Shown piece after piece: positions 40,583 to 52,910 of a stretch of 64,000 bases of DNA; position 1 is the first letter of the stretch, and each line of letters opens with the position of its first letter. Under the pieces are notes generated by a model, which saw nothing but the letters and a program-made list of their open reading frames with translations, did no database searches and was not told the DNA's origin. The stretch comes from Rhizophagus irregularis (Eukaryota), in NCBI RefSeq assembly GCF_026210795.1, contig NC_089430.1:62001-126000 (forward strand). Reading direction: 5' to 3'. The translations under genes were made by a program, and so were the position numbers.

Positions 40583-42059
40583 TTTTTGATAATGGTTTCT
40601 ATGAGTTAAAAAATGTGGGTCAAAAAATTTTTTCAATTGAATTTTTTTTTTTATTTAAATAATTTTAATCTTACCACATCATGATCGAGTAAAAATACGG
40701 TTAATTTCGAAAATAAAAATTATTTTTTGCCATTGATCTATTACATCGTGTAATACAGATTTTTTTAAGGGAAAAAAAATCTGATTAATTATTTAATATA
40801 ATGATGGATATTGTGATTAAATCATGAACAAGTAATTTTTTCATATCGTGATTATATTACTTTTTTTCTTAAAAAAATCATACGGTACAATAAAAACAAT
40901 GGAAAAAAGAATTTTTTTTTCTTTTTCGAAATTAAATAGATTAGATTGAGTCAATAATTAGACTTTTCTTTTTTTCGAAATTAATCTCATCATATGATTA
41001 CGGATATTGTAATTAAATCATGATCGAGTAGAATCTTTTTTCAATTTTTCTTTTTTTTTCTTTGTGATCGAATAAAATTCCATATCGTGTTTATACACCT
41101 ATTAGCAAAAAAACTTTTTTTTGCAAAAAAAAATTGTATTGATATTGGTTTCCTAATAACACTACGGGTTCCTTGAACCCTCTCAAGCATCTAAAGTTAA
41201 ACTCTCTCATAAACACAGAGAGCGCAACTTACCTTAATATGACATGAATACTAAATATGCTTAGTAGTGAGAACGAAAAATTAAATTTTGGGGATCAACA
41301 AACTGAAATGGATTTTAACACATGAATCCTTCAGATGAAATTACTATGTTAGTAGAAAATTCAGGAGGTGGAAATAAACAGTATAATTATAATTTTGCTT
41401 CGCCACAATAACTTTTTATAATGGTAACAATCGTTATATAATTTTGATTATTTTCTACATGACCAAAATAAGTATATTGTCTTTTTAACAAAATTTTTTA
41501 AGATCATCAAAATATTATTTTGATATTAGCAACTGAATGTTGGAACACATGATCGGAAATCTGATTCTTCAATAATTTAAGTATAATACTTATACGAAAA
41601 TTTATAGCATATTTTTTTTATTTTATATTATAGTGTATTATAAGTTTATTATATTATTATTATCATAAAAAAAAATTGTGACCCGTCTTGCATAATTGCG
41701 CTTCTTCACTCCAATGTAAATAAAATGTGATAAAAGATAATTTTTTTATTATAGTACCTAATATCATAAAAACGCTAACATTTTATTTATTAGGGATGAT
41801 ATTGAAAAAAGCTTGTTGAAGCTGGATTATCGTTACCATTAAAATATCTGGAAATTTGATCATTTTTCAAAATTTGATTTGACGAATCGTTCAAGTACAT
41901 CGTTCCTAAATAATGGCTTCAATTCGCCGAAAATTATCTTTCTAATCCACTTCGGTAGTGATTTGTACGACTCAAAAAGCAAACGTGCCATTTGAGCTTG
42001 AGTAATGCTGCCTGAATTGTGTGGATCGATGAATTCTTTTTAAGGATACGCTGACGTGT

Positions 42060-42387
42060 TACAAATTTATAATAATTTGCGTAACGTCCTTTGGAAGAAA
42101 TTAGTAGAAAGGTACATTAAATATAAAAATAGTAAAGAGAAGATTAAGCCGAATGTAAATCTAAAGAATCGACAAATTAAGGAAAATACTAACGGAGGAG
42201 AATGAGAGCGCACTTAAAATCTCATCATCTTTGGGTTTTATTGTATTGAGAATTTATAAGATGCGCACGACAAATTTTTCTCATTTTACGGAAGCCTTTT
42301 CACAGTTACTTGTGATTTTCCAAGCTCTTCGAGATATAATATTGCGGCTTCTATGGATTTATCAAATTTTTATGTAGTCTTTAAATA
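42060..42387 (+). pseudogene. Companion-family C-terminal fragment in inverted orientation
   Basis: NLRNVLWKKLVERYIKYK..NLIIFGFYCIE..DAHDKFFSFYGSLFTVTCDFPSSSRYNIAASMDLS, with frameshifts and a stop. Confidence 0.7.
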
Positions 42388-42648
42388 ATAATAATCATAC
42401 ACGTGATAATATAGTGGCCATAAGTCACACGCTCCTGGGTATAATTTCATGGGATGGTTTTTTCCTGAAGGGAAAAAACCCTGAACTACTGTAGTTACTG
42501 AAACAGGAATTATACACGAGATCTTTACGTTGTACTAAACTAATTTTGACGACAGTACAATTGGACAATTTCCAAAATTGTTGAATCCCAATAATAAATA
42601 ACATCTTTTTTCGATAAAAAAAAAAGGTAATTTTCTTTTCATTTAATA

Positions 42649-43209
42649 ATGGGAAAACCATCATTACATTCTAGGAAAACGGCCTGGCGTAGACAAAAAA
42701 AACGACAATATAAAAAATTTAAACAAAAAGAAATTGAAATATCTGATCTCCAGATACAGCTCCAGGATTTCCAAAAAGCTGTTGAGACAGCCGGTGAACA
42801 AGTGATTTCCAAGCTAGACAAAACTGAGCGTGAAAACGCAAATCTATTGAAGTGGATCGATATTTTTTCAAATCAAATCTCAAGTCAGGAAGAAGAGATA
42901 TATAAGCTTGAATTAAAGAGTTATTTAGCACAATCATCATCGTCTCTGTCATCTCCACCACAGCCACCATCATCATCATCATCATCACAATTGTCACCGA
43001 CATCTTTTAAAAGCATGGATGAGTACTTTAAACATAATCAAGTTAGTAATTTTTTAGGTATTGTGCAATTTTTAATGATTTTTATTTTTATAATTAATGA
43101 ATTGTTCTCATTTTTTAGTAAAAGAAATCTAGTAGTTCATTATTTTTTTTTACTATTCTCATTTTTTTTAAATAAAAGAAATTTTTGTAATATTGAAATA
43201 AATACATAA
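42649..43209 (+). CDS. Hypothetical basic/coiled-coil protein; the real exon probably ends near 43021
   Basis: Basic N-terminus, heptad-like helix and S/P tract. The AT-rich tail after CAAGTTAGT looks intronic. Confidence 0.45.
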   Translation: MGKPSLHSRKTAWRRQKKRQYKKFKQKEIEISDLQIQLQDFQKAVETAGEQVISKLDKTERENANLLKWIDIFSNQISSQEEEIYKLELKSYLAQSSSSLSSPPQPPSSSSSSQLSPTSFKSMDEYFKHNQVSNFLGIVQFLMIFIFIINELFSFFSKRNLVVHYFFLLFSFFLNKRNFCNIEINT

Positions 43210-43899
43210 AATAATCAAATTCGTATTAATAATATATCGTGTAAAATATGTTTTATTTGCCAGTAAATAATAAAAAAAAATATTTGTAAAGGTTTAACTG
43301 GGAAATTTTCGCCTATCAGGAGGATATGGGGAAATTTTCGCCCGCTAGAACTCTACGATAATAATCGCCATAAGGTATACATAGTAATCGAACCAGAGAC
43401 CCGCTGCGATGCGGATTTCCTATCTCAAACTACTCTACCACATGCGATTATCTGTTTAAGGGATATTTATTGATTACTCTTTATTACTAAATTACTGGAT
43501 TATTGATTGTGCTATTCCCTAATAAGGTTTGTACGATCACTGTAAGACCTGTTATGTATGTATATATACATGTTAATTGTTACTGCGTTAAGAGATTGTT
43601 AATTTTTTTTTTTATCAAAAATTAAATGAGAAAACGATTACAGTTATGATAATTGATGATTATAAGGTCAAGGTTACGATAAAAAAATAATTTTTAGAGA
43701 ATGACATAAATAACAAATTAATAGTTATATTTTAGCGTCAAATTGTGTTGGTGAAGTTATTACGACATTAACTTATTAACTTGTGAAGTCACATTCTATA
43801 AACTTTTAAAACAATATGATATATTGTAATCTTTATTATAATAAAGGAATAAAAAACATATCAATGTTATCACGGTCTTTTATGTGATATGTACTGTAT

Positions 43900-45464
43900 T
43901 TATGAAAAAAGATGGAGTTTTAAAGAGCTAGCAATGTTTCTTCCGCTACAGGAAGGAATTTCTAGATCTTCTGTAATAACATCTAACTCCTTAACCTTTT
44001 CTTTGATATTTGCGCTTTCAGTTTCAACCCAGACTATTTTGAAGCATTTTCTGGAGAATTCTATTAATTTATCTAGTGAAGTTTCCGATAATTTTGTAAA
44101 ATCGATGGCTGAAACGTATCGGCTTAAGATTCTCTTTAAAACCACTTCACGTGATATGAAGTTGTTTACTTCCTCGTCGGTAGGATCTGAACTTTCCGTA
44201 TATTCACTTTAATAGAAAAAAATTTTAAATCATTAAATCATTGTAGTAAAAACAACATAACGATATGAACGTATCGATCACCTTTCTACAATTTGTCGAA
44301 ATTCTTTTACTAATGTTGAAAGTACATTTTTCAATTGATATCGATAGTCGGAAAATGATTTACGATATCGTTCGTTAATTGACTTCGCCACGCTTTGATA
44401 AGCATCATGCCCAAAAATTTTTTGTGTTATTTTATCAAACGCATGATCGGGCGGATTTCTAGTTCGCAAAAAAAGACATTTCATTTCTTCGTCAATAAGA
44501 CGATAATTATCCTAAATAATACATCAGTAATTCTGCTGTGTAATAACGATTGTTCTTAATTGGTAAGAATGTAACAACCAAAATAAGAAATGGACTTTAC
44601 GTTGTCAGATGATGACGAAGTCGAGGTGGTTAGTGGCAAATTTGTTGATGGCTGCTTCGTCGAGGCATCAAGCATTTTGTTTGCCAAATGTAGCACACTT
44701 GGATGTAAGACCAACCAATTGCAAATTTGCAATTGATTGGTCATTGCGCCAAACTGAACCGGAATTTCTTCTTCACTCTCTAGAAGTAATATTAAATGAG
44801 AATAAAATTATATTCATTAATTATGTTCAGATTTTATGTTTTACCGCTTTCATCATTTTCATTTTCTTCTTGTTCTTTATCTTGCTCTCTCCTATCCCTC
44901 TCTCTTCTATCCCTCTCTTTTCTCTCTTTCTCTCTTCTTTCTTTTTCTCTTCTTTCTTTTTCTCTTCTTTCTTTTTCTCTTCTCTCTTTATCTCTCCTCT
45001 TCATCTCTTTCTTCTCATTTTCTCTTCTTTCTTTTTCAATATTTCTTTCTTCTTGCTCTGGAAGCATATCTTCATTATAACGAAGTAAATTTATTTTTAA
45101 ATAATTTCGCAGAAATATCATTTCAATTGAATAATAAAACAATTATTATAAGGTATTTACCCAAAATAATTCTTTCAATATCATCATCTTGTCTATTATT
45201 ACCTTCTCCAATATCTACATCTTGTCCATGTAAATTATCTTGTTCATGTTCACTTCCTTCCTCTCTCCTTTCATCTCTTTCCTTATTATAATCACGTGAA
45301 GAGTTGGCAACATATGTACGAATAGTTTTTGTAGTCTTTGCAGCTTTTGTTGCCTTGTCTTTTAGGTATCATTATAATAGTATTAGGCGCAATTACTATA
45401 TAAAATTTCAAATCAAAAATATAATTTTATTACCTTTTCCTGTTACTCCTCTGCGTTTAGTCAT
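43900..45464 (-). CDS. Transposon companion protein (EMKCLFLRTRN family), multi-exon, divergent from the transposase
   Basis: ATG at 45464 (MTKRRGVTGK). Exons carry RREKE repeats, NQLQICNWLVLHPSVLHLA, EEMKCLFLRTRNP and GRNIASSLKL. Same position and orientation as 5286-7375 in the first element. Confidence 0.75.
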
Positions 45465-45597
45465 GATAAACAAACAAGATGGTACTTATTGGTATTGTGC
45501 TAGTAGCAACGTAAAGAAATAGGTGATTCCTGACGAAACGAATACAGCATTATCTTTATTTATTTATAGAGATTTCTCCTAATATTAAGAAAAAATT

Positions 45598-48500
45598 ACA
45601 TCGTGACCGCAGCACATAAAAGGAAATTGGGTTAGCATTCTCGAAAAAAACGTTCATGGTTACATTAAATCTTGGATAGTTGATCGGAAGAATTTGTTAA
45701 TGGTTACATCGATTCTTTATGAAGAAAATTTTGGGAAAATTTGATGTCTTAACGGTTACATGTAAAGAAATTATATATGAGTATCGTAACCGTAGGACAT
45801 AAACGGAAATTTGGCCAACAAAATTTTCAAATTATTGGAATAATTGATCAGGAAAATCCTTAATGGGTATATTAGCTCTTTGTCCGCAGAACATTAATGG
45901 TAATTTCGAGCAATATTAACGGTTACAAGTAAAGAAGCTATATATGAATATCGTGATCGCAGGACATAAACGGATTTTCGGGATAATTGATCAGGAGAAA
46001 AAATTTGTTAATGGTTACATAATCAGGGTTGAAGAATTATACTGTACGTACTATATTATGCTGTCCTAATACTTAAATAGAGTACATTTTTTATATGTTT
46101 AATATATTATATATTTATTTTAATAATTAGGATTGATAATAAATTATTAACTATTCTTTTAATCTTAATAGAAAAAATATTATATTAAATATTTAACAGT
46201 GCAATATTAATGGGCAATGGAAAAATTGCGGTTACATGTAAGGTGATCGCAGGACATAAAAGGAAATTTAGATTCAGATTTGGGGATAATAAAAATTATT
46301 AATGGTTACACATTGATTTTTTATCTGCAGCGCATTGATAGAATTCAGGGGTAATCTGAAAAATTTGACAGAAATATCGTGATCGCAGGACATAAACAGA
46401 AATTTAGATCAAAAAATTGATCGGAAAAATATTTGTCAACAGTTCTGTTGATTCTTTATCTGCAAAAGATCTTTATCTGCAGCACATTGGTGGAATCTAG
46501 GGTAATGATCTGAAAAATTTGACATGAATATCGTAGTCGCAATAAATAAATAGAACTTTAGGTCAATAATTGATTGGAAAAAATTATTAATGGTTACATT
46601 GATTTTTTATCTGCAGCGCATTGATAGAATTCAGGGGTAATCTGAAAAATTTGACAGAAATATCGTGATCGCAGGACATAAACGGATTTTCGGGATAATT
46701 GATCAGGAGAAAAAATTTGTTAATGGTTACATAATCAGGGTTGAAGAATTATACTGTACGTACTATATTATGCTGTCCTAATACTTAAATAGAGTACATT
46801 TTTTATATGTTTAATATATTATATATTTATTTTAATAATTAGGATTGATAATAAATTATTAACTATTCTTTTAATCTTAATAGAAAAAATATTATATTAA
46901 ATATTTAACAGTGCAATATTAGTGCAATGTATACAGTAAATTGATGAATTTTGGGCAATGGAAAAATTGCGGTTACATGTAAGGTGATCGCAGGACATGA
47001 ACAGAAATTTAGATCAAAAAACTGATCGGAAAAAAATTTTGTCAACAGTTCTGTTGATTCTTTATCTGCAAAAGATCTTTATCTGCAGCACATTGGTGGA
47101 ATCTAGGTAATGATCTGAAAAATTTGGCATGAATATCGTGGTCGCAATAAATAAATAGAAATTTAGATCAATAATTGATCGGAAAAAATTGTTAATGATT
47201 ACATTGATTTTTATCTGCAGCGCATTGACAGAATTTGTTACATTAATTCTCTATCTCGGAATTATTTTAAAAAAAAACTTTTACAAGTTGTTGACCCAAA
47301 TTTCCTTTTATGTAGTGCAGTCATGATATCACAGTCGTAATATTATAAAAAAAATTACTTTGTACTTTTTTCCCAAAGAATTCAATTGATATTTTTTTAA
47401 AGTTTGACTGTCCATATCTTATCAGTTACATATAAAAATACCACATCTCAGATCAGAGTTTTTAGATTTCTAATAAAAAAAAGTTAGAAAGAAAATGTCC
47501 TCTCCCAAACCTAGTAGAGAAGAAACAGGTATAAAAAAAAAATACCTCATATTAATTCATTAAATAACGTATGATAATATTCATATAATTTCTTTCATAT
47601 ATAGATAATACGATATTGATCTCGCTAGACGATCTAATAAAAGAACAAACCCGATTGAACGATCTTTGCCAAACCAACATTAAAAAGAAACGGCAACGTC
47701 CGTCTCGTAACAACCGAACGAAGACCATGGGAGACTGGGCTCAGATGGTGAAAAAAGTATAATCATTTGATTCTTTAATATTTTGTGATAATTTGAAATA
47801 TTTAACACTTTAAAATTATTTGTTAGAATTGATATTGCCATTATATGAAGTTATATCTCATTACAATACCGCACAATATTACTATATTCACCTTCTTTTC
47901 AATTTATTTCAATAAAAAAATAAATCTTATGTAATTTTATAATTGTATATATCCGTAAAGCTCACCACTAGTGATTTTATCATAATAATTGATCGTAATA
48001 ATTTAAAATCATAAAAATCAAAATTTCATATAAACCGGAACACGAATTGCTAACAATTTTTTTCTGATCATTTGTCTTGTCTAAATGTGCTGCGATCACT
48101 ATATTCTTAAAATGTAATGTCAATTTTTCAGAAAAGCTTTGTTAACCCAATTTCCGTTATGTCCAGCAGCCTATATAAATTTCTTTACATGTAATCGTCA
48201 AAACATCAATCAAGAGCTTTGTTAACCCAAATTTCTATAGTTACGATATTGTTCATTATATAATTCATTAACAGTTAATGTAACTAACTATTAACGAATT
48301 TTTTTTCCGATCAATTATCCCAAAATTTGATGATCTAAATTTCCGCTTATATCTTGCGGTCACAATATTCATATAAATTCCTTTATATATAACCGTTAAA
48401 GAAGTCAACTCATCAGATCATTACCTCAAAATTTCGTCAATGCATTGTAAGTAAAGAACCAATGTAGCCATTAAGAAAATTTCCCGATCAATTCAAATTT

Positions 48501-49006
48501 CCGTTTATGTCCCGCGGTCACAATATTCATACAAAATTTCTTTGCACGTCAATTTTAGATCATTTTACCAAAATGTACTGTGGACAAAGAACTAACGAAT
48601 GTAACCATTGACATTTTTTTCTGATCGATTTTCCCAAAATTTAAGAAATTAGTAATCTAAATTTCCGTTTATGTTCTGCAGTCACGCACGATATTCATAC
48701 AAAATTTCTTTGCATGTAACTGTTGTTAACACGTCAATTTTAGATCATTTTCCCCAAGATTTCCATTAATGTACTGTGATCCAAGAACTAATGTAACCAT
48801 TGACATTTTTTTTTCTCGAAATTTCGTGAAATTCGTAATATAAATTTCCGTTTATGTCCTGCGGTCACGATTTCATACAAAATTTCTTTACATGTAACCA
48901 GATCATTGCCCAAAATTTCCGTTAATGCACCACGGACAAGGAACTAATGTAACCGTTAAGAAATTTGTTAACCCAAAATTTCCGTTTATGTGCTGCGGTC
49001 ACGATA
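45598..49006. repeat. Two oppositely oriented complex repeat arrays between the companion gene and the transposase
   Basis: ATCGTGAYCGCAGGACATAAACGGAAATTT is repeated on + at about 45600-47200 and as its reverse complement at about 47300-49006. Includes a direct duplication of about 45950-46210 at about 46662-46920. Confidence 0.85.
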
Positions 49007-49134
49007 CTATGATATCCAATTGAAAATATTATAAAAGCAGTTAATGAATTAAATACACAAACGCGCATGGACATTTTTTAAATTTATGATTTTATTTCAT
49101 TTTATTATTCCTTATTATAATTATTGTCATAGCC

Positions 49135-52100
49135 ATGTTACGAAATAAACCTCGAAAAGCGAATATTGCTGCAATACCTTTTCGTATCCGTAATAATTTT
49201 AGAAGGTTGCCCAACAGATTTTTATTATCGGATAATGATGACAATGAAAAAATGGTACAAAAAGATTTTGAAGATGATAATATTAGTGGCGAAGAGTATA
49301 ATGAATATGGCGACGGAGATGATAATTTAGAACAACGAAGTGATGATGATCATATAGAACAGCGAAGCGATAATGGTGATGATTTAGAACAACGAAGCAA
49401 TGATGATCATTTAGAACAACGAAGCGATAATGATCATTTAGAACAACGAAACGATAATGATGATGATTTAGAACAACGAAGCAATAATGAAGAAGGTGAT
49501 ACCAACATGATTTCAACATCATCAGAGAATGAAACAGAAAGCGATTATATAATGTCCTTAGAAAGTGATGAAGATTATGAAACAATGTCGTCAGATAATG
49601 AAGAAAGACATGATTCTGATATCTCAGAAGAAAAGCTATTCGTTGATGAAGCATTGGCTAAAGATAAGTTACCATCTTTTGATGGTGATTTTGCTCCATA
49701 TTTTCAAAATTTAACTACTGCTGCCTTATTTTGTTGGATTTATAAACATAATATTTCAACAAATGCATATGAAGATCTTGTTGACATTATCATGAGACCA
49801 GAATTTAATAGAGATCATATTGTAAAGAATATTCGGAGATTTCGATCATGGAGGGAGCGTCTTCCTCTTCCCTCAATATCAGCAAAATCTATCTCAATTT
49901 CATCAAAAAAACACCATCAACTTTAAAGGATTCAAAGATGGCATATCAACTTTCAATAAGTGATATCATTTGGAATGTTCTTAACAACCCATCACTATTA
50001 AAGGAAATGTATTTTGGTGCTGGTGTCGATTCAAAAACAAAATCCGAGTACTGGCATGGTACCTTATGGGCAGAGTCACCTCTTTTCGGTCAAGAACAAT
50101 TAATGATATCAGGGGGTAATTATTTATTAAATGCAAGCTGATGGTAGAGAGGCGAAGCAATAAAGTACAAGAGACTAACACTTTTTTCATATGTATATAA
50201 TAGAGATATACCAATGCGGCGATTTTGTTTACTATTACGATAATGAGCGAAAACTTGGCAGATTGAGAGCGATATTATTAAATGAAGAGAACCAACAGTA
50301 TCGGCTGAGAATCCAAAAAGTTCTAGATTATAGTGACTTGCCTGGAAATTTTAAGGGAGAATTAAGACAAAATCGCTCTCTTTCCGGAGAAGTTTGGTTA
50401 CAAGATGAACCATTCTTGACAATAACAACATCACAAATTTCCGAAAAGGTTGCTGCAGATACACTACGAATTACCGAAATACTTTATAAACATCATACAC
50501 ACTGGCGCATTCGTGATGCAACGTTCTCTTATCAACATCCTTCAGAATATATTTCCATAAGGCAGCCACCATCTCCAACAATTCCGGTTTATAAGCTGTT
50601 TTTGGACATATACTACGATGATTTTGGAACATTTAGGAATGTTTATCATTCGTTAGGAGGTGTTTATGTGCAGTTTGGAAATATGCCTGCCCGTCAAAGA
50701 AAGTTGCTCAAAAATCACTTTGTTCTCGGGTTTGTTCCTTTCGGTGGTAATTTCAATGAATTCATGTTGCCATTCATTTCTGAAATGAAAGAATTCGAAC
50801 AAGGAAAATTAATGGAAGTGAATGGCCAAGATGCTTGGGTGATAGCCGGTTTAGGTGTCGTAACTGCTGATTTACCACAAGGGAATGACATGTGTGATGT
50901 ATTACGACATAATGCCAATAAAGGTTGCCGCACTTGTACAGCCTCTCGAGAATCACTTACCAACTTCTCTCAGGATGTACCAGCAACATCAAGATATCAT
51001 CACATCACTGACGATCAATTTAAAGAGATATTTGATGAACCTGCTACCACAAGGCAAAGACGACTTTGTACTGAGTTCGGACTAAGAACAAGGCCTAGCA
51101 TTTTGGATAGGCTGCTAAGAGAAAGGCATCTACAGACACCTCAAGATGTATATCATGCAACTGCTGGGAAGATTGGACGACTTCTTAAATTAACGTATGA
51201 TCTTAGAATTTAATTAACTTTAGCTAGATATGTAACGAACAAAATCTTTTAATAAAGCTTTTTGATTTCCACAGGTGCGAATTATTTTCACAAAAAGGAG
51301 AGGACGAGTTTATCAAAGCCTGGAAGAACTTAGAGAAACCAAAAAAATGGTCTCGTTTGCCAAATCCAATTAGCCACAATGCTAGTTTCATGATGTCTGA
51401 CTATCTTAGGCTCGCTATGATAATGCCTTTTATACTTAATAGTTTTTTAGAATCATCAAGCTTAAAGGAAAATGAATCCAGAAGCATTCTGCAACGAATT
51501 CAAGAATCACGCATTAACATGGCGAAAAATGTAATAATTGCTTGTTGGGTATATGTAGCAAAAACAATGAGGATAGTTTTTGAAAGCAAGTTTACATTAG
51601 ATTCGTATGACGAATTACAAAAATGCCTTGAAGAAGAAATGAAAATTCTTCCAAAGGTACAATTATTCATAATTCTTATATAATTTTTTATTTTTTATTT
51701 ATCAATATATAAAATATTATTTAATAATGTGGCTTTAGGTTTTCCCTGAATTTGCTAACTTACCAAACCTGCATATCAATATTCACTTGCTGGTGCATGC
51801 AAGGACTTATGGTACTCTTATAAACACTCAAGTTGGTATCAAAGAGATGGTGCATCGGATCTTTAAAGCAATGGTACCACGAACAAATTGCAAGAATGTC
51901 GAGCTAGACTTGTTAAAGCGGTATACTACGCTCTTTGCAATTCGTCATTTAGTAGATGGAGGCGCAGATCAAAGATTATCACAACCTTGTAGAGGTTTCG
52001 CTACTATGTCCTCAAATTTTAGAAATTTATTGACTAATTGGTATATTACTGAAGACAAGGTATCAAATGAACAAGAACCGGAAGGAAATGAAGAAGGTTT

Positions 52101-52703
52101 GTATTACAATTTTATAATAATAATATTTCCGCAATTATTAACGTATTTTTATTTTATATAGCGATTTCATCTCCAGTGGATTTTATTACAAATATTATCT
52201 TAAAGAGGAGCTTATCCCGTCAGGATCGCGAAAATATCATGAAAAATTTGCCAAATTTCAAATCTGAGCTGCTTCTTTCATTTATGGACATTGGACAAAA
52301 GTCAGCTCTTATATATTCTCAAATGAGCTGGTATGAATTGGCGACATACACTATGGAAGAAAGCGATGGCGTATTTTCCAAAGTACATCTTCATATTGGT
52401 GACGTCGTAACAATACACGAGGAAGACAGTGGTGAATGTTATGCGATTATAAAAGGGATCTTCAAATACAAAGGCAATGATGATAAATATTATGCCTTTA
52501 TTACTATTGATTGGTTTGACAATATTAACAGAATTCACAACGTATTGAAATGTCCTCTTTTTCGCATTCAGACAAGCCAAGACATTCGCTGGAGAAGAAT
52601 CTTCCCGATATCAATAATTGACCACGTACAGAAAGTTCACTTTGTCTATGATACGAAAATTGATTTGTGGATAAAAAATAATTATTATTTTACGGCTATA
52701 TAG
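49135..52703 (+). pseudogene. CMC/EnSpm-like (Plavaka-related) transposase with BAH-like segments; near-intact, one frameshift
   Basis: About five exons. Motifs EYWHGTLWAESP, DIYYDDFGTFRNVYHSLGGVY, TADLPQGND, GCRTC, PQDVYH, NLPNLH and KEMVH. Frameshift in the A-run near 49905-49911, which could be a sequencing error. Confidence 0.85.
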
Positions 52704-52910
52704 CTTTATTATGCAGTACAATGATTCTTTTCGGTATATTTATTTATGATAACGTGATTTATTAAATAAATAAAGATAACGATATCGTTACGATATCGTT
52801 TGATATCGTATTCATGAATTTATTAGGCACGTGACTTTGCAATTTTTATCCAATCAAATCATTGTTTGTTAGACATGTTAAACATTCGCACGATTATGTT
52901 TACGTCTACA

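Noticed and set aside
44609..45291. Hydrophobic F/S/L-rich plus-strand ORFs resembling membrane proteins
   Set aside because: They are antisense shadows of the RREKE-repeat exon of the companion gene.
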